A stretch of DNA of 64,000 nucleotides from the human T2T-CHM13v2.0 reference genome, Homo sapiens. The position numbers and the translations under genes are program-made. Shown here one piece after another: positions 14,451 through 25,885 of this stretch; position 1 is the stretch's first letter, and each line of letters begins with the position of its first letter. The notes under the pieces were generated by a model. The model did not search any database. It worked only from the letters and a program-made list of their open reading frames with translations, and was not told the DNA's origin. The DNA lies in the NCBI RefSeq assembly GCF_009914755.1, contig NC_060934.1; one strand, 5' to 3'.

Positions 14451-14590
14451 ACAGGGCAAGGGTAGGGGGACAGGAGATGGATAGGAGAGAAAAGCAGGGG
14501 ATTGGAGGGAGAGGGAACTGGGTGCGGGAGGCAGGGAGGCTCTGAGTCTGAAAGATAGCCAAGACGCATTACAGGTGCGGTGCAGACAGC

Positions 14591-14652
14591 GTGCAGCAGC
14601 ATGTCAATCTCTAACATGTTTGTGCAGCAGCATGTCAATCTCTAACATGTTT
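14591..14652. repeat. Perfect 31-bp tandem duplication
   Basis: gtgcagcagcatgtcaatctctaacatgttt occurs twice, identical. Confidence 0.97.
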
Positions 14653-14724
14653 TATTAATGCACACACACCAATATCTATGTATGTTTTAAATGTATTGTT
14701 TTTTATGCATTTGCCAGCAAGGCT

Positions 14725-14953
14725 ATGCATATGTGTGTGTGTGTCTGTGTGTGTGTGTGTGTGTGTCTGTGTGTATGTGTGCCTGTGTATGTGTCTGTAT
14801 GTGTACATGTGTGTTTCTGTATGTATATGTGTGTCTGTGTGTGCTTGTGTGTCTGTGTGCGTATATGTGTGTGTATGTGTATGCATCTGTGTGTGTCTCT
14901 GTGTATGTGTCTGTGCGTGTATATATGCATTTGTGTGTGTGTCTGAGTGTGTT
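14725..14953. repeat. Degenerate (TG)n microsatellite
   Basis: tgtgtgtgtctgtgtgtatg runs. Confidence 0.97.
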
Positions 14954-15179
14954 TGTAAGTCACTGAGTTCAGGGAATGTGGCTGGCTGCATCAGGTAGTA
15001 AAAGTCCTGAGTCTCTGAGTCAAATGTCTTCCTTTCTGTGAGTGGTGGGGAATATACCTAATTTTGTCAGTCTTCTTAGAGAGGGTAGGCACAACCTTTG
15101 GTAAAACTTACTATGGAATCACAGGAGCTGAATGTTGGTGTGTAAGGCAAATTCGCATTCAGATGGGATCCTAGGCACG

Positions 15180-16084
15180 CCTAAACTTCCCACTCATCAC
15201 ATTTCTCTCATACGCAGAATGCACCCTACGAATACAGAGAGGTCCAGTTTTGGTACCTGTGGGTGCCTGGCTGGACCTGCTGGTGGACCCAGCCCCTGCA
15301 CAGCCAGGCCTCTCACCTCCGGTGCAGGTGATACCCCCACCCCTGCTCCTGGCAGGAGCTCAGCCCCACAGGACCCTGCTGCCCAGTGGCCCTGAGCTGT
15401 GTGCTCTGCCCTCTCTGATGGGGCCTCCTGCTCCGCATCCTGTCCGATGTCCTACCCTACTCGCTCGGATCCTGAGTCCTGAGGAGGATGGGGCTTGGTA
15501 GGTTAGAAGGTAGTGTCATCCTCCCTCCCCAGAACAGTTGCACTCAACCCTGTGAGTTGGATGTGAACCCCAGGTCACGCCTTAACCTCAGGTCCCCCCC
15601 ATCTAGGCAGCACTCAGGCTCAGCATCTTTGTGGAGAAGTCAGTGTTCTCCCAGGACTGTGGCTTTCCTGGGCACGAAGAGGGGCACAGTGGGGGGTCCT
15701 CCTGCACGGGCCAAGACCCCAGAGAGCACCTTGCAGGGACTGGGCCAGAACTCATCCACAGGCAGGCAGCGGTGCGAGGGATGCCCAGGAGGCAAACAAG
15801 GGCGGGCACCAGGACGAGATGGAGAGCCGGAGCCCTTGGTGGAGAGGGCAAGGCACATGACTCAGGGCAGCAGGGTCCTGTGGGCTGAGCTCCTGCCAGG
15901 AGAGGTGGTGGAGGTGCCGCCTGCACTGGAGGGCAAGAGGCCTGGCTGTGCAGGGGCCGGGTTTGATCCACCCCACTCCACCAACAGGTCCAGCCAGGTG
16001 CTCACAGATGCTGAAACTGGACTTCTCTGTATTCCTAGATTGCATCCTGCGTATGAGAGAAATTTGATGGGTGTGGAGTTTAGG
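15180..16084. repeat. Inverted duplication: arms about 15180-15458 and 15799-16084, spacer about 340 bp
   Basis: Reverse complement of arm 2 (cctaaactccacacccatcaaatttctctcatacgcaggatgc...) aligns colinearly with arm 1 (cctaaacttcccactcatcacatttctctcatacgcagaatgc...). Confidence 0.93.
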
Positions 16085-16639
16085 GATAGAAAGAGCCGTA
16101 GCAGAGCTGCAACTACCCCGAATAGGAGATGGACCTGACACGGCCACTTTGCTTTGCTAGGCCTGGGCTCCCAGCTGAAACTCAGGGAGGAAGTTCTAGA
16201 TTTGGTCAATAATCATAATGGGGAACCTCTCCGTGGCCACTTGGAAATGCCACACCACGGGTGCTGTGATCTCTGCAGGGCTTCCCCGAGCCTTCCACTC
16301 TTTGAGGCTCACTGTCCCCAGACAGCCATCCTCCATCCCTCTCAGCTCAGACTCAAGCGCACCTTCTTCCTCCTGCCTTAGAGCTCAAAACACACCCTTT
16401 ACCTCCCCTCCCTGCCTCCTGGGGTCCAGTGTGAGTGACCGTGCCTCAGGGAGAAGCCCCTGGCTGCTGCGCGGGGTCACCCCACTCCACCCATCCATTG
16501 TTGCTTGCTTCTCTTCCCCAACCCACAAGGCATAGCGCTCCCTGCCCAACATCTGCTCATCTTTGGCGTCCTGTGTCTAGCCCAGTGCTTGGCCAGTCAC
16601 CAGTCCCTAAATAAAGGATTGGTTCAGAAGAAAAGGAAC

Positions 16640-16750
16640 TTCCTCTCCTCCCTCCCTTCCCTTGCTCCCTCCCTTCTCTCCTTTCCTTTCCTCCTTTCCA
16701 ACTTCCCCTCCCTCCTTTCCAACTTCCCCTCCCTTCCCTTTCTTTCCTTT
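16640..16750. repeat. CT-rich low-complexity tract with a 21-bp duplication
   Basis: cctcctttccaacttcccctc occurs twice within a pyrimidine run. Confidence 0.85.
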
Positions 16751-17829
16751 GCTCCTGGCCCTGGAGGTGGTTGGTGGCTTGATGTCTTAGGTCCTGGCGG
16801 AAACTACTCCGAAAAACGCTATTCTAGCATCTCTCTTTCTCCACCAAATTCACTGGTGCATCCAGGAGCCTGGCTCAGCCCCTGCCCTGCCCACCCAGCC
16901 TCCCAGCTGAGGCCAAACACAGCAAGCTGAGGGGTGAGTGTGATCAGAGTGTCCTAGAGACTCTCCCAGCTCCCGCACATCCCAGCTCACCCCTTCCCTT
17001 GCACCGGCTGCCCTGCAAGCTCCACCCTCACACTCGACTTTCTGCACAGTCAACTCAGGATTCTGCAAGGAAGAGACACCTGTCGCAGTTCACCTGCTTC
17101 ACCTTGGCATCACGTTACAGAGACTAAACAAAGTGGGCACTACAATGGAGCTTAGCAAACAAGCCACCTGGATCATTCATTGTGCAAAGAGGCGGCTCAG
17201 GCCCTGGAGGCCAGCAGAGGGTGCCATGATACGAAGGCCAGGATTTCTCCCAGAGAGCCTGGGGCAGGTGGGATCCAGGTGGGCAGAGCCTCCCACATCG
17301 CCCTGAATCCTCACAGACAGAACCACACTAGCTCACCACCCTCCAGGGCTCTGGCATTTGTGTTTTCAGCGGCCCTGGGTCCCCCCAAGTGCCCCGGCTG
17401 CCTGGGCCCCTGGTGAGATAGATCCAGTGTGCGCTGTCTTCTCTGACAAACTCAGGAAAGTGACCCATTCACCAGTCACAGCTGTGTTTACTCACCGGAC
17501 AATTTTACATCCTACTTGGTGAAATGAATGTCATTATCAATTTACATTGGTCTTGAATATAAATGGCTAAAGCGTTTACAGAGCAATTAAGCCCAGTGAG
17601 GTTCATGTCATCTGCCCGCAGACTAGGGAAGGACAGTGTTGAGTGCACGGCTGCTGCAGCTGCTACCTGGTGAGCTCGCACCAAGAGTCACCTGTGTCCA
17701 TCACAGGCTGCCCTCAGGTCTGGCATCAGACCCGCCGGGGTGCAAATCCCCATTCCCCTTCAGTAGAGGTGTGGCCCTGGGCAAGTCAGATAAGCTCCTT
17801 TTTAAATTCCCTCTTCTGTAAAGCAGGCA

Positions 17830-18232
17830 TGGGCCACAGATTCATGCCCCCCACCATTCCCAAGCAATGTCCACATCTGAATCCTGGAAGGTGTGCATAC
17901 ACTGGACTACCTGGCAGAAAGGATGGAGGTTGCTAAACAGCTCCCCTTGAGGTGAGAGACCATCCTGTCATCCAGGTGGCCCCATAGACCACAGGGACCC
18001 TTCAGAGTGGAAGCGGGAGGCAGAAGGGCCAGAGCCAGAGAGAGAAGAGAGAGAGGCAAGATGGACGAGGGGGCCAGGAGTCAAGGAAATCTCCCCTGGA
18101 TCCCCTAGGAAGAACACAGCCCTGCCGATGCCAGTGAGGCCTCTGCTCGACGTCTGCCCTCCAGAACTGTAAGATCATCACCTTGTGTGGCTTTTAGCCT
18201 CGTGGTGATAATTTGTTACAGCAGCAAAGGGG
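17830..18232 (+). mobile_element. MLT1-family MaLR LTR
   Basis: gtccacatctgaatcctggaa...cagccctgccga...cctccagaactgtaaga...taatttgttacagcagcaa. Confidence 0.8.
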
Positions 18233-21200
18233 TCTCCAATGCTGATGGCACCTACTGCATGGGACTGAGGAGGGAAGTCCACGGAACCAAGTGTGGGGGT
18301 TGCACGCACCCAGGGTCCCTGCAGGCGGTCCCTCCCCTCTCCAAGGCAGTGAGAAGGCCCTCTCTTCACTTCTTACCCCAGGGCTCCGGGTCCTCCTCGA
18401 CCCCTTGGAGGCACTAACAGAGACAGCCAGGCAGGAGGAAAGAGGCTGGGGTATGTATTCCCTCTCTCTCCCTCGCCTCTCCTCCCTCCAACCCAGAGGA
18501 AGAACTCGAGGGCCCCAGCTCCAACAATTCCCACCAGGCTGCACCAAATGTCCCAGTGAAGTGACAGGTGGCCCCCGTGGCCAAAGCAAGCAGAGCGGGC
18601 CAAGGTGGTGGGGCTACAGGTGCACAGCCAGATGGCAGGGGGGTTTCTGCCGTCACTACCAAGAGAGGGTTTGGCTGCTGCAGGCGAAGACAGCGAGAGA
18701 ACCACGCCTCTGACAGGCCTGGGAAACGCGGGCACGGGTGGGAACACAACACACCAGCACCCTCCAAACTGAAGTGTTGGTAAGATCCCCGAGAACCGCA
18801 TGGCACGGAACGGATGGGGCTGGGGGTGAAGCCTGGCACTTCTCATTTTCCTCCAGCTCTACTGGCATTTATTCTCAACTAACAACACAGTTACTACAGC
18901 TATAAAAAATCTGGATGCACCGCAAGGTAATTAGAAAATAATTCAAGACTTTGCTGGAATCCTTCAGCAGTGCTAACAGAATGACAAAGCGGACTCTTTC
19001 CTTATCTGTGGAATGACGAACGTCTCAGCACTTCTGGAGGCGCTGCCTCCTGTCTCCCACAGCTGCCTGGCACTGTGAGCCACAACTTCCACGTCTCCTA
19101 TCCCCACTGAAGACACACGCACACGCAGGCACACACGCTCACACATACACACACGCTCCCGAGACCTAAGAGCAGTTAAATGTGGCAGCCATGTTACAAA
19201 ATTCTTCTACTTCATTTGCCTCTTGAAAAATAATGGATGTCGACTGAAATGCTTAATTGTCCCATTGCAGACTACAAATAGGTATGAATATATTCAAATC
19301 TACAATGACTAATAGTCAAACAAAATGTGAAAAACAAAACTCTCCACTCAAACCATCTCCCCTAGGCTTGTTATCATAATTAGGGTTAAATATCTGACGA
19401 GCCGCGACGAACGATCGGCCAGGGAGAATGCCAGTCACTGCTGCTGGTTGCAGGTCATCAGCTCTGCTCCCCGATCACGAATTAACCCTCTAGAAACACC
19501 TCCTGTCCTAATTGTGTCGCTGCGAAGCTCTCTGAGTGCATTTTCGGGAATGGGAAGTTGTTCTCTTAAACATCAACTGCACCCTGGCAACCGGAAGTTG
19601 AGAATCGAAGTCATTTGCATATCCTTAAGATTCAGGTTAAAAAAAAAAAGACTGGTTGAAAACAAATCTCTTCCTCTCTTTATATGAGGAGGGAAGTAAG
19701 ATTAAAAATCGTTTTATAACCACATGTAATTTTGTAATGTCTAAGTAGAGTACTTAGGTCTACCATAATAAAATGGGTATCAGACAAAATACCATATCAT
19801 GCTAAATCTAAACTAATCAGGTATTTCTGGTTGTAAAACCTTAACTCTCTACCTTTCAGAGTATAACATGAGATTCTTGTTAAAAGAAGGAGACGGAGCA
19901 TCGAGCTATGAGCCAGGAAATCCAGGCCCCTGTCGTCCACCCACAGTCCTGGTGAGCCCTGAGACCGCAGGTGGCCCAGTGGGGGCGTTTGCAGATGCCT
20001 CCCTACCTCTTTTCAGACCTGACCTGATTTGGTCCAAACAATAGAAATGAGAGAGCAACTATGCATTGCCTTTAATAAGTTCATTTGTTTCTCATTACTA
20101 CCAATTTTGGGAGGGAAAAATGAAACAGCACCAAATTATCTACAAGAACGCAAGCTAAAGAAAGGAGTGAGGAATCTGCCAGCATGATCTGCCTTTGCCA
20201 AGCAAATAAAATCATTGTTAGGACAAACTGTGCCTTAATGTTTCCCGTGGGATCTGAGGGTGTCCTGATTTCCCTAAACTGTGCACCATCTTCTTGTCCA
20301 TGAGTAAGAACCTTGAAAGGGTGCTTCCTGTCATGATTTTAAAGCACTCTTTCAAGACGTACAAGGCCCTCTTTTAATAATGAATGTGACCTGATCAAAG
20401 GAGGAAATGCAATTGCCAAATTCAATCTTCATTGTCTGTAAATACAGCAACGTTTTACAGACTCAACTCCATATGGACCTTGGAGATTTTTCTTTTCCCA
20501 ACATCAGTTGATCCAGTCTCTGGATAATGCTGTTACTATTTTAAATGGAATAAACATTTTAAATGTGTGATGTCTCAATCTTAAAAGACTACCACCATGT
20601 CTCTTAGCATGGTTAAAAATGCTGATAAAACTTTTATAATACTGTCTTCTGAAGCTTCAGTCAAATACCTCTGGATTTGACACAAAGTGTGAATTACCAT
20701 CATCTAGCATTAGCCCTCAATGACGTGAAATTAAAAATGCCACTAAGAACCCAATAGAATACCACACAAAACTAAAACAAAGAGTCAAGCTCCCCTTTCA
20801 CTGGCCTGGCCTTGTAGCCAGGCATCTCTGCCTCTCAAGTTGGCAGGGAGCTCCTGCTCTCAAATGTCTGCAGTGGAGTCAAGACCGTTTGAATCCACAT
20901 GCTCTGGGAGGAGGGCTTTCCCCACGCAGCAGCTAATAAAATATGTATTAGATCTAATTGGAAAAGATCCTTTGTGAAAATGCTGAAAGTTCCTCTCTGT
21001 TTCTTGGCGAAACAAGATTTACAGGCATTGTCAGAAACAACTGCCTCTGCCAAGCACCCCATTCCTCTGCAGCTGAAGAAAATCTCTTCCCCTGTCCGTG
21101 ACCAGGGTTTTATGGAATTGAGGCATCCATCCAAGCACAACAGCAGATCAATGTGCTGCAAAGGTCTAAAGTGAATGTAAGGTGGAAGAAAACACACTCC

Positions 21201-21560
21201 CATCTGCGTACATCTGGTCTCTGAAGTGGCGTTCATAAGACATTTGGAACAAGAATAAAATGCTGGGTAACAGTGATGCTGGATGGAAGCTTTGAGGGGC
21301 GGAGGGAATGAATGGCCATCTCTGCGTTAATCACCTTACGTGATGCAAAAAGACAGCCAGAGCCGACCGCTTGGAAGGATCAAGGTTTCTGCAGGAAGTG
21401 CCATAAAAACTTGATTACTAAACTCTGCAATCGGGCACAGGATTCCTTAATAGTCAATTTTCAACATAACCAAGAAGAAACATGCTTTCACTTTACGTTC
21501 ATTAGAAATAAGCAGCTTAAACACTTCAAAGGAGGTGTAAATAACCCAGGGCTTAGTTAC

Positions 21561-21715
21561 TTGCTGGTGCCTCCAGCTTGCGTTTGTGGGGCGGGTCCTC
21601 AATGATCCTGTTGAGGTCTCCGCGGTCCTTCAGGTCCATGGGCTTCTCCCAGACAGACAGGTGCATCGTTGGGTTGAAGAAGAAAACTCGGTCATCGCCC
21701 GTCCAGACCACACAC
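21561..21715 (-). CDS. TCERG1L: TCERG1L WW-domain exon (about exon 7), 155 nt, (W)[51 protein letters not shown]
   Basis: Acceptor ttttccactcaaacag|G, donor CAA|gtaact. Phase 2 to 1. WW signature W...FFFN...WEKP, closely similar to the third WW domain of TCERG1/CA150. Confidence 0.97.
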
Positions 21716-23124
21716 CTGTTTGAGTGGAAAAACTCATCTCAGTCGCTCTCGGAGACACTTAATTAGAAAGTCGTTAGCATGAACTCTCACTGAAAAAGCC
21801 CCTCAGGACCGAAATCCACACATTTGCAAAGCTTGTTTATGGATAGTATGAATACTAAAGACAAAGCCTGCCTTTTTAGGTGACCTTACGGATCTGACTC
21901 ATTTGATTAACAGGTAGACATTCTTATCACCAGCCTTAGACCAGGGAGAACAACAACATTCAGAGAAGCCAAGCAGCTCATCAAGGTCACAGGCAGGCAG
22001 AGCTCTCTCCAGCCCACCAGCTGTCACTGCCTCAGTGAAATTCCATTCCAGATGCAGAGCACTCTGGGGCGCCTCCTGGCCCTGGTTCCGGCAATAGAGT
22101 AATTCGGAGAGCGGCTCCCTACACTTCCCCAGTTGAGCTCTGCATGGCCATCAAGCAATGCGCACGGCCACAGGTCATTACCCTCCGGCAGCAGCAGAAT
22201 TAAAAGGGCTGCTGTCATTAGCAACCACAGCCCCGCTGTCCTGCTCATTTGTGGATGGGCAAATAAGGAAGATTTGTATTTTCATTTATGGAAACTGAAG
22301 ACATCTAAAAGGAATTATGTGCCCTTTTTAAGCCCCTTATCTGTGAAAAGTTATCAGAAAAGATTAAAAAGAAAAAAAAATGAAGAGAAGAAAATTAATG
22401 AGAGGGAAGGAAAGGAAAAAAGTCCCTCCCTAAGGAATGCGGGTCCGGGAGCCTGCGGCATGGAGGTACACGGGAGACTCTGCACTCTGACACTCTGACC
22501 CCGCGCTGTCCCCACGAGCAAGCGCGGCAGATAAAGGCCAGCAAGGCCGGCCTGGGCTCTGGGTTTAACCCCTAAGTCGTGTCAGGGTGCTATTAGAGAT
22601 TGAGGCCTGTGCTGGCACCGAGGCCCGTTCCAGGTGTGGACCTCCCAGGAGGTTCCCCTGGGGCAAGCCCCCTCCCCTCTCTGGGCCTCGGCTTCCTGCA
22701 GTGACTTCAGAAGGTCCCTCTGGCTCCGCAAGTCTCCTGGGACTTTTCAGATGTGCAGGAGTGAATGGGTGGGAACACCCACATACCCACCTCTAGCTAT
22801 TGACTTCCCCGAGGGAGGCCCCCGACCTGTTGGGGGTACTGTCGGGCACGGCCTAGGCCCCCGGTAGCCCACTCACGCCTCACTCCCGCCAGCCTCGCAC
22901 AGGTTCGGGAGGAGCTGGGGATTCGTGCCAAAAGAAGCCACTCTGTTCTGCATGCAGAAAATCACTCCACACTTCACTCACCCAGGCACGTTCCATGGGC
23001 CAGGCAGAGGGCTCAGGGCCTGGGGCCCTGCATGTTGGCAACCCTGGGCAGACCAGGACCCCTCCCAGAAATCACCCTGAGAAGGTGTGCCGGCTCCACT
23101 ACTCAGCCCAGCCACGCTCATGAG

Positions 23125-23935
23125 TGTGGGAGCCAAAATGATGGCTCCAAAGACGTCCACGTCCTGATCCCTAGAACAGGTGTGCATCACCTTACATGGC
23201 AAAGGGTCTGTACAGTTGGGATTAGGACCCTGAGATGGGGGAATAGCCTGGTCATTCAGGTGGCCCCAAATGTAATCACAAGGGTCCTTCTAAGAGGGAG
23301 GTGGGAAGATCAGTGAGGAAGAGATAGGAAGATGGAGGCAGAGGTGTTTCACACAAACACACTCTCAGAGACACACACAAACACACATACACACAAACAG
23401 ACACACAGAGACACACATGCACACATACAGACATAGAGACACACACATAAACACACAGATATACAGAGACACACATGCACACAGAGACACACACATGCAG
23501 AGATACACACATAAACACACACAGACACATACACAGACACATGCACACATATATACACACACAAAGGGACACAAATGCACACATATACACATGCACAGAG
23601 ACACACACATGCAGAGAAACACACATACACACAAATACAGACACACAGACACACATGCACACGTAGACACACACAGAGACACACATGCACACACACACGG
23701 AGAGACAGAGATCGGGAGATGCCTGGCCTTGAGGCTGGAGAAAGGAATCACGGGCTGGAGAAAGGAATCACGAGCTCAGGGTTGCAGGGGCCTCTGGAAG
23801 ATGGAAAAGGCAGGAAATGGACCTCCCCATAGGCTCCAGAAGGATCCAGCCCTGCCCACACCTTGACTTTCGCCCAGTGAGACCTGTGTCAGACTTCTGA
23901 TCCTCCCAACTGTAAGAGAATCAATGTGTGTCGCT
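23125..23935 (+). mobile_element. MLT1(D-like) LTR with an internal CA-repeat expansion
   Basis: aatgatggctccaaagacgtccacgtcctgatccctagaac...aatgtaatcacaagggtcctt...cagccctgcccacaccttgact...aactgtaagagaat. Confidence 0.85.
23350..23698. repeat. Degenerate (CA)n repeat, (UG)n on the transcribed strand
   Basis: acacacagagacacacatgcac runs. Confidence 0.97.
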
Positions 23936-25885
23936 GGAGCCCTGAGTCTGTGGGAGACGAATCAATGGGCTTCCCCCTCGGGGCCACTCTGTCCTGAGCA
24001 CCAGCATCTGGGAGCCCTGACCTGAACCCCAAGTGTTGTGCCTGGAGGCCTTGGCCACAGCTGGCCTGGTCATCCATGTGGGAGAATATGACCTGCCCTT
24101 CTGCCTGGCAAACTTTCCAGCTCCAGCCCTGCCCTTGACCTACCAGGTGACCCTGAGAAGGTCGCCTCCCCTCGCTGGTGGCCTCATGCCCTCAACCCTT
24201 CAGATGGGGGGTGGAATGGGAATTTGCTTTATCTGGACAGTCCACCCAACTAGGGAAATGGACCAAGATAGAGTGTATCACACTCCCATGCCAGGTCCTG
24301 CCCTCAGGGGAGCGGGCTCATGGGCCCGTGGGGTGCTGCCCAGGCCCATGCTGGAGGCTGGAAAATGAGGCTGGCCAACTACAGCAGACTCCACACCCAG
24401 GTAGCTGGATCCCTTCCTGCTCTCAGATCAGGCAGACCATTGTCCCCAGCAAGCCCAGGCCAGGGATACCTGACCTCTGGGGCCTGCAGGGAGGCTGTGG
24501 GTATGCATTTATGGTGCAGAACCCGGCTAGCATAGGAAGTTTTTATTGAGTCTAAAGCTGAAGGTAACCACACTGTGCTGTAAATTATGCACAATTCAGC
24601 TACTATATGAACTCTGCAGACAGCATGGGCCAATAGGGAACATAAGCCCAGGGTAGAGACTGACTCCTTTCCTCCAGACGCAGACCTGGTGATGACCTGC
24701 TTCCCGGGTGGAGCTGTGAGTGAGTGGGCCACAGGCAGAGCCTATTATTAGCTCCCCACGAGGCCTGGGCTCTTTGGGAACACGTAGGACGTGGACAGTT
24801 TTACTACTGCGACATTGGGCTCTGTCTCCAGGCACCCCTCTTGCAAGGAATGCAGCTAGACTCATCGATGAGACCCTGATGCCAGCGGGGGTGCAGGGAG
24901 TGAAGAAACCCTGAGCCCGCCTCCTCATGCTGTATGTCTCATGCCCAGCATGTCAGGACCAGAGGAAGCCCAGATCCGGCCCCTCAAGGGCTTCAGAAGC
25001 TTCCATGACTGGACAGTGGCTGGAAAGGCAGCCCCAAGCCTGAAGCTCCCAGCAGCAAGAGGGCCCATTTCTAACAGTATTGCTTGGGATGTTTTTTCAT
25101 GATGTTTTGCTGCAACTGGTCTGAGTGGCAAATCCTAGAAGCGTCCTTGGCTCTCTGTGTTCCTCTCTAGCAACTTAAGACTTAAAACCTGTTGTGTAAA
25201 CCCATGAAGGTCTCACCAGGAGCCTGACCTCACCTGGAGAGCACAGAACAACTTCCTGTGACCTGGGTACAGCAGATGGACCTGTTGAGCACCATGTTTC
25301 TGGCAGGAGGCCATCTGGCCCCCACGGTTCTATGCACATCAGTGATCTGGGCATAGCACCCCAGCCTCCAACGGCCTCACCCAGAGGTGGGGGGACCTGT
25401 GTGCTCCTCTAGAGTCACTGAAGTGTGGGGATACTCAGCCAGGGGCCAGATGCTCACTGAGGCATCTCCAGTTCACTAAGAGCTGCTAGGTGCACACAGT
25501 GTCAGGCATTCATACTGCATTCCACAAGCAACAGGGCCATGGGAGAATTATCCGGAAGCCAGAGGCCTCGGGACACAGGCTCAGACTGGCTGAGTGGCCC
25601 CATCCAATCCCAACCCTCCCACTGGCTTGGGGAGCTTTCCTAACTTGGTAACTCGCCAGCTTTCCTGAACACCCAGGGGTGAGCCCTGAGCCAGGTGAGG
25701 GCCAGAGGACTGGGGGAAGAAGAAGCTGAAAGAGGTGAGAGGATGACCCATTTCCTGGCAGGGACCAGCAAGAGCTCTGTTCTGCCCACTGCAGAGTTTA
25801 AGAGAAACAGGACTTCAACTTTGGGCCCCGAGAGCACACGTGGATCTCCTGTCATCCTGCGCTAGGCTGAGGGCAGGTCAGTGGC

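Noticed and set aside
15488-16209. Overlapping GC-rich ORFs with mutually similar peptides
   Set aside because: The similarity is explained by the inverted DNA duplication, and the frames are not preserved between the arms.
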